A DNA stretch of 64,000 nucleotides from NCBI GenBank assembly GCA_012295275.1, contig CM022667.1:6014001-6078000 (forward strand), given 5' to 3'. The DNA is from Chrysomallon squamiferum (Eukaryota > Animalia > Mollusca). A program made the translations under genes and the position numbers. The notes beneath the pieces are model-generated. The model was not told where the DNA came from. It saw only the letters and a program-made list of their open reading frames with translations, and made no database searches. Of the stretch, positions 56,033 to 64,000 are shown piece after piece (position 1 is the first letter of the stretch; the number at the start of each line of letters is the position of its first letter).

Positions 56033-56245
56033 AAAATCTAAAACGAGGCTACGTCCTACCTCTGCTGTGGGTGGGTACAAAGGGTTATGTCCCGGGTGAG
56101 TGAGTGCTAATCAGAGCGAGCTGTTGTGAAGCAGGTCTACGAAAATAAAATCTAAAACGAGGCTACGTCCTACCTCTGCTGTGGGTGGGTACAAAGGGTT
56201 ATGTCCCGGGTGAGTGCTAAGCAGAGCGAGCTGTTGTGAAGCACG
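56033..56245. repeat. ~115-bp tandem duplication upstream of the gene F leader
   Basis: aaaatctaaaacgaggctacgtcc...gtgaagca occurs twice; single copy at the paralogous ~1590-1686. Confidence 0.85.
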
Positions 56246-56496
56246 TCTGGGTCAGGCACGCTATTTAACAAAGACTTGAAATGTGTAAACTTGTATAAGT
56301 TGTCCTGAAGTTAGTTCTAAGTCCCCGTACTCCTTAATCGCCTTAGACGTAGAGTGACAGGTGTGTGCAATCAAAAGTTTAGAACGAACTAATTCTGTAA
56401 CACAGTTATTAGCTCTAAGAATTTGTTTCACAGGTTATACTGGGACTGTTACAAAGTTTCATGCAAAAGGAGAATACTTGTTTATGTTTTGCTTCT

Positions 56497-56527
<31 letters not shown>

Positions 56528-59010
56528 TTTTAATTTTATTGTGCTTGGTAGTTATGTAATTTAGGTATCAATAAGCAGCAAGAATATACAGGAATGTCTA
56601 ATTTATTTAAACACAAAGACAACTTTTAAACTTTTTGATTAATTACTAAGTAAACCTGTTGGAAATCAGTACTGATATCAGACAATTTATACAGTACAAA
56701 TTCTGTTTTTACGGTGAAAAAAATTATTACAGACACTGTAGAATAATAAATTCCGCCTGAATTTGATACTCTATCTAACAGCGAACCTTTTTATCCAAAT
56801 TTAAAATTAATGATCCCCTGTTGTTCGAAATTGTAATGATGGAAGTAAGAGGCAAAACATTTTTAACTGCAGGTAAATGATTTAATTCCAAATATAATGA
56901 TTATTCTAGCAAACAAAAATATAATATTAGCAGTAAGTGTTTTTTTGTTTTGTTGTTGTTGTTGTTTGTTTTTATTTTTTATTTTTTACTTAATGTTTGT
57001 TTTGTTTTTTTTGTTATTGTTTCTTTTGTTTTGTTTTTTGTTGTTGTTGTTGTTGTTTTTCAACAACTATTAGGACATCTTCACAACGTTTTGTGATGAT
57101 GCAGAATGGTTAGAATAGAAATTAACACACCACGGAGAACAAGAAAGATATTTATTTTTTTATTTATTTTTACAGTTTACAAATTAAAACAAAACAATAT
57201 GGGTACAAAGTAAACAGTTAAGTTTGGGGGGGTATTCGGTTTTCTGAAACTTTTAATTTTCAGATCTTGCTTTGATGTGGTAAACTTTAGACAAAAAAAA
57301 AAAAAAAAAAAAAAAAGAGTTTGAGTTAGATGTAGATTTAGATTTAGAGGTAAATATAGTTTACTGTTTCTGCTATATATTAAACAACACTGATAATACA
57401 TTTTATTTCTTTACAATTTGTTTATCATTTCGATATTCAGAGAAGAAAGGATTCTAGTGAATTTTAGCATTGAATTAATTCAGTTGACCGCGTTATTTGA
57501 TTACTTCGTGTAATTCCTGCTTAGTAAAAAGTAGTAGTAGTAGTAGTAGTTGTAGTAGTAGTAGTTGTAGTAGTAGTAGTAGTACTAGTAGTAGTAGTTG
57601 TAGTAGTAGGAGCAGGAAGTAGTAGTTGTTGTAGTATTAGTATTAGTAGTAGCAGTTGTATAATATAGTAGTAGTAGTAGTAGTAGTAAAGTGTGGGCGC
57701 TGTTGCTAGGAGAGTTCTCTAGTTCTGCTGTGGAGATGTTTCCTAGGATCTTCCTGACTGCTCAGTGTTGACCCAAGTACACTGATTTTACACCTGACAC
57801 AGTTCTTGTTCTCATCTCCCGTACCTTACTGATCAGACAGACAGAGAGAACAAAATGTAACGTGCTAAGCGGAGTGATAGGTACGCTCTCTAACAAAGCC
57901 AGGGGTGTGTGTTCTGATTTGTATTTCAAGACTTTTACTCAACTTTTCAACTTCCTTAGTTGACACATTTCTCTCTGATTCTATGGTCATGACTATGTGA
58001 AGGCAGATCGTTTTCTTCTCATTCTTGACAATGATATTGTATGTAGACGTACTTAGTTAATGCTCCGATTGCCCATAAAAGGAAAACTTTGTGATTTCAA
58101 AATAACAATAATATAGAAGAACATCTGTGAAAACTGAGTTAATCTTTTAAAACATACATATTAAATGTTTTACACATTTAATCTGCTACCTTAGTTAATA
58201 CTGAGAAACTCAGATATAGTGAATACTCGTTTCATCTGTCATGAGAAAAATGATGTCATCAAATGACACGCATCATGTCGGAAAACACTGCTCTACTCTG
58301 ATCAGTGACAGGTTACCGTTGTTTGATATCATTCAATAAAAACAAAATCAAAAATAAGGTAACAACTTGTGATATATTTATTGTTATCTTATTATTTTGT
58401 TATTATTATTATCAGATACATTAGTTTTGTGACAAAATAATTCTATAAATAAATTTAAAATAAATTCAGTGAGTCATGTTACATACCAATTTTTCTTTAA
58501 ATTAAAATAATAATATTCAAATTTGGGTCATTATTCTAACTGAAATGGTATGATTATGATCTGCACGATTCGATACAGTTTGATTAGAAACAGTTCAAAG
58601 TTTATCTGTCCGTATTGCATAATAATTATAATAATTATAATGATCGACTGAACTAAACAGATGTTATAAATGTTCGGATTATTTTACGTTACGTCAGTTC
58701 AGATAGTCTATTTCTTACTTACTTCAAAGTATAATAAGTGCACACCGTCATATACCAAATGTTGTACTATCTGTCATGTATATACAGTCAACTGTTATTT
58801 TTCTAGTACATAAAGTCAAGTGTTGTAATTATAATTAAATAAGTAATACCAGGTATATCTATTATTTTTAATATTACAGTTATTTTACATACTGTGTACT
58901 TGTTGTACATACAGTCAAGTGTTGTAGTAGTCTCACCTGTAGTTATTATTGTTATTTTATATTTTTATTCGTTTTATCTTTTGAAACAGTTTTACATTTC
59001 AAGATTTTAC

Positions 59011-59071
59011 CTTTAACTACACTCGCAAGTAAAATGAAGAGGATAACTCCACTGAAATTACTGATAACCAT
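59011..59071 (-). pseudogene. Orphan intact leader exon (gene-B type) with only a degenerate V-exon stub downstream
   Basis: MVISNFSGVILFILLASVVK+G; the next acceptor at 58937-58939 gives GETTTTLDC then diverges and stops. Confidence 0.65.
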
Positions 59072-60447
59072 TGTAACCTAAACAAAAAAGGATAAGTAAA
59101 TAAGTAAATAAACTAACAGTAGTATCTGAGATTTAAGAAACTTTATAATAGTTTATAACAGACCACGATTTTTTCAAATATTTGTTAGTTCACTCAGTAT
59201 CATATTTGAAGCATACGTATTAGAAAATGAATATCTCTTTAGTTGTTTATCGTTTTAACATTTACTCCTGTTCCGATAGTATTAAAGAAGATGACATTAG
59301 GGATACCTAAATTTCATACCCCCATTAACCCCAAAGTATTATGATCAATTACACAAGATACAGATATTCCTTTTAAGTTTTTACTCTTTTTTTTTTATCT
59401 CTCTCCTTTTGCAAGACACTGTAGTCACAATTCATTAAAATCTAAACGGAATGAAACGCTGCTGTCACACACTTTTTTCAGGTACCAATACTGTCTTCTC
59501 ACAGACTTGAAAATACAAACTACGACTTCTGAAAACTTGCAATTGAGTCTACGAGAAACAAACGCAATGCTAGGGAGAATCTATGAGAACTGGAATTTAT
59601 TGATATTTATTTTTTTCAAAAGCTAAAGCAAACTGTTAAGTAATCAGTACAAGAACACACTGTACATAATTTATTACGTGGAGAAGTAGTGCAGTAGGGT
59701 TACTTTGTAATCTGTTTGTGATTTTCTAAAACATCATGCCAACTTTCCTCTGCTACAATTTCCTAATTTATAGCCAGTGTGAATGTCAGGTTTACTACAT
59801 GTTCTAATTTTACCCACACATTTTGCCCATTTCTCTTATAATTCCTCACGTTTTAATTGAACTTTTTAAATTATTATAATTTTGATAGGAATTCTTACGT
59901 AAAAACAGAATTGAATTATGATAAAACTTGAATGTTTAGACAAGTAATTAATGAGCATATTCTGTTCTGTTTATTAATTACTAAGCACATTATGCTGTTG
60001 TTGTTTTTTGTTTTGTTTTCTTGACGATAGCATATCTATATATAATTCAAATAGTGACAAACAGGTGATATTGTATTTATGTTTATAAAATACTTATTAA
60101 TATTCAGATCAAGATAAGAAATCAAAAGTATTTGTGTTGTAGATTACATGTGAAATCATTCATTTCTTTCCTCTCTCATCTTTCATTCTACGTGAAAGAT
60201 CACAGATAAGATCATGAAATAAATGTAAAAAGAAAAACTCATTCATTTATTTATTTCGTTTATTTTCGTTTCTTTCTCTTTTTATTACACTTTGTTATTT
60301 TATTATTAGTATTTCTGTTACACACTCTTGGGTCAATTATTAATAGGGTTTGTGAATCTACATAGTAATAACAAAACAAAACGCGATACATAAAGATTCT
60401 CTTCATTTGAAATTACATAATAAAGCCGTTTTAGTAATATATTTCTA

Positions 60448-60493
<46 letters not shown>

Positions 60494-60655
60494 ATCCAGG
60501 CACAGACGGAGACACGGGTACAATTCAGATATTTGTGTAGATGTTACTTAATCCGAAAATATCCTCAATTGTCAGACATTAGTTCAGTGTCATTCACATC
60601 ACTGTTCTTTATATAAACTAATATGAAATACAAAACTCAAACAAAACATCTGAAT

Positions 60656-63318
60656 TCAACCTGTGACTTGTGAGTTTTCATAGACAGTGAGTACAGAATA
60701 TGGTGAGTCTTTTCTAGCTTCCAGTGATGAGTAATTGTCTGTAGTATCCGTGTTTCTGTCAGTATCTGAAACATATTCTTGATTATACAGTTACACAGAA
60801 TATAATTATACTAGTAGTTGTAACAGTATAAAGAAGTAAAACAGTAAGTAACACAGTTTCTTCTCGCTGTACTAGAGATCACTAATAATATTTAAAATAA
60901 TAACATGTGTTGTGTTATTTTATTTTGTTTGTTTGTTTGTTGTTGCTTTTTTAATTCTCACAAATTACATTTCATGAGCAAATTAAAAGCAATAAATGTT
61001 AATATAAAACATAAACAATGTATACTTCTACTGATCATTTTCCTTTAGTTCAAAAATATCAGCTAAATCATAAAAACAAATGAAGTGTAAACATTTATGT
61101 TTATTATTTTTTTTAATTTTATTTTTTTTGTAGATTTACCGCTTTATTCTTTACAACAATTACTGATCAAATCCTTTATATGTTAGTCATATAATATTAC
61201 AACAATAAAATAAGACTTTGTACTTTAGGTATGTCTCAGTTATTCTGAAAACAAAGAAAGCAGACACACAGCATGTCTCTGATTTAACAGGCAGCATCAC
61301 AGAAACTCTTGAATCTTTTACACTTTGTATTTATATACTGACCTTGATTTTGTTGAAGATCGTCATACAGAGATGATTCCTGTACTCCAGTGTTAATCTG
61401 TCTGAAACAAACAAAACCCTGAGAACTCGAGAATTATTGAATTTTGGTTTATTTAATATATTTCACATCTGTGTGTGTGTACGTGCATGAATACCTATGT
61501 GTGTATCGTTTTTGGGCCGTAATAATTTCTTTTCTTTTCCAATTACCCTTTTGACTAATTAGCATAATATATATTTTTCAGTTAAAACAAAAACAACTTA
61601 CACATTGTGTTTCTATTTCTTCCTTAAATTTTCATAGCTTACCTTGATGTGTACGTGTTCTCACTCTTAGACTTTTCTAAAATAAAAAATAAATATTCAG
61701 AATATTAGAAATGCGAAATAAATCTTATTCAGATATGTTTATATATGTTACTTCTTTATTTTGATAAAGAAAATTTATAATATTAAAAATGTTGACAGCT
61801 CAAAGCAAAGAGCATTATTCATTATTGGTTATACAAATTTGTTCAGTGTACTTGTAAAGTTTACCTTTTCTCTTCCAGCAGAAAAAGAAAACGATTGCCC
61901 CAATGAAAAGTTCTATTCCCAGTACTATTCCAATTCCAATACCAATTCCTGTTCCTAGTAAACTATTTTTTTCTTGCGAAAATTCTGAATATTAAATAAA
62001 TGAAAAAATATATTAGACATGTACAGTATTAGCTGAGATTTACTATGATAAGATGCAGATTACTTTTTATGTAAACAATTACAAACACACCAGTATAGTT
62101 GTAAATTAATCACTTTTCAGATGAAGGTTCATTGTTGCACGAATCAGTTCGAAAACATGAATTCAGGTTGTTTTTTTATTACCATAGATGAAAAGATGCT
62201 GTTCATTCGTTAAGGTTTTGAATCCAAATTCATTAAAAGACAAAACTCGAATCAGATATCTGGTGTTTGGTTGTAAACTAGAAATCTCTGCTGTGTGATT
62301 TGTGTGAAGACCTTTTTCACCAAACTGTTCATTGAGATTTGTCCACTCAGATGTTGTGTCTGCTCGATACTGTACAAGAAATGTTTGTTGTGATCCTCGA
62401 TTAAATTCTTCTGTCCAAGACACTGACACTGAATGTGGACCAGTACTCCAAGTTCTCACATCAGAGGGAACAGTTGGAGGACCTTTGAGCTTAAATATGT
62501 TGACTGCATTTATAATTTTGCTTTGATAAATCTTTTCTGAAAATGTCCCATCTTGTGGCAAAGAGAATGAGGAAATGTTATCAAGGGTTTGAAAAAGAGA
62601 TGCAAATGCTAAGCAATTAATAAATATTATCAGGCAGCTGAAAGTTACTGACTAGCTGACAGCAAAAACAAAATGATAATAAAATAAAACAATTAAAACA
62701 AAACTATTATTTAGATTTTTTTCACTCAAGGCAGATAGCTAAACATTAAAAAGTGTAACACCAAAGAGTAAAATTAAGCTTGAAGCTGAAAAGTAAGAAT
62801 CTGTTAATTGATTAAAACATGCAGCTGTTTAGTAGGTACTTCCGAAAACTTTATAATAAAAATATATATTTAGTACGTATAAACAAAATAATATATATAA
62901 AGTAAATAAATATTTTTCCTCTGTCTATTAATATTGAACTTGATCAAAAGGAATTCATTTCTTGTTTTAAAATAATAATAATAATAATAATGTACAAGTT
63001 TGATGTTTTTACCTTCTGCAGTAACACTTAGTTTTACAAAAAGATCTGTTCTTTTTTCCCTGTTTGACACAACCACCAGATACATTCCAAAATGTTCTTG
63101 TTTGACATTTGTCAGTTTATATTCACCAGCAGCAGACACATTTGTAATGAGTATAGGTTGTGTAGATCCAAGACTTTCAGTTTTTACATCTGTGAGTTTA
63201 TACCAGGTAAATGTTGGAACTGGATAGGCAATCACAGAAATGTGTAGAGTTACATTTCCACCTTCTTCAGCAACAAATTTGTTCTGAAATGTAACTCGAT
63301 GATCCAGTCTTGGTGAAC
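60656..63318 (-). CDS. Gene E (3' part): I-like Ig-FN3-TM-ITAM tail, open throughout; 5' exons lie beyond the window end
   Basis: Exons 63013-63318, 62183-62482, 61865-61984 (TM ...GIGIGIGIVLGIELFIGAIVFFFCWKRK), 61643-61676, 61343-61401, 60656-60765 (DNYSSLEARKDSPYSVLTVYEN); no stops found. Confidence 0.85.
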
Positions 63319-64000
63319 CTGAAAAAGTCAAACTAGTGATTACTGTTATCAGTAAGGACCATATTAAAACAAATATTTACTTATACAAATTTAACTCTAT
63401 TATAACACTAATTTAACATGATATAAAATAGCAACACATAAAAATGACATTTTTTTTTATGTACTTATTGATTTTTGACTTTTTGTTAAACCACAATAAA
63501 GATGATTTCAAAATAACATAGTATTTTCATTTTAATCTTTCAGTAATTAATCTGGGGCTGATTTAAATTACAAAAATAAAATGTGGAGGGTACTTTCTTA
63601 TTATTTCATTATGAATAATAAGAAAAAAGACTACTAAAGCAAAAACACATAATTTGTTTTTCATTTTTGATTTCTTTTGAATGTTGTAGCTAAAATGACT
63701 GCAAGTTCAAAATTAAGGTGAATTACAAAAGGCTGAGAATATCAACTTTTAAAATATATATATACACACACACACGCACATAAATACACAGTCAAACACA
63801 TTTTGAAGATGCCATGTTTATTCAATTTTATCCTTGGGATACTGAGAAAGAAGTGAGCTGTTACCCATTCTTAATGAATAAATCCAGACTTTAGTGTATG
63901 ACATTTCCAAAACTAATGATCCAATGCAAGAAATAATGTAGCATTTCACATCAGATTTCAATAAGGTAAAACTTGATGTGACATAGAATGACCCATATTT

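Larger units (their letters stand above)
54357..62480 (+). repeat. Segmental duplicate of window ~1-8295 (leader, intergenic region, orphan leader, ITAM-gene 3' half)
   Basis: Collinear shared blocks: 1 ~ 54357, 1215 ~ 55662, 3373 ~ 57688, 4759 ~ 59011, 6233 ~ 60656, 7428 ~ 61865. Confidence 0.9.

Overview
AT-rich, intron-rich, microsatellite-rich eukaryotic DNA, most likely from an invertebrate animal (a mollusc/lophotrochozoan origin is my inference, not shown). Almost the whole window is a head-to-tail, minus-strand tandem cluster of immunoglobulin-superfamily (IgSF) type-I membrane receptor genes. I reconstructed them exon by exon from GT-AG sites and phase-1 symmetric exons: leader - V-like Ig - C2-like Ig(s) - Ig - Cys-less I-like Ig - FN3 - TM - cytoplasmic exons. 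Three paralogs (B 6233-14126, C 17051-29736, E 60656->64000) share a Gly-rich TM with an intramembrane Glu and a tail ending in an ITAM-type motif (YSSL-x7-YSVL). A fourth (D 34314-48670) has an ectodomain nearly identical to C but an unrelated TM and a tail with ITIM-type motifs (VLYAVV, LVYTEV). This is a candidate paired activating/inhibitory receptor locus. V domains vary in three loop-like patches on an invariant framework, and V-C2 cassettes are tandemly triplicated. Most copies carry stops, frameshifts or deletions, consistent with birth-and-death evolution. Also present: a decayed hAT transposase fragment, orphan leader exons, segmental duplications and mini/microsatellites. Gene models are by-eye reconstructions without expression data.
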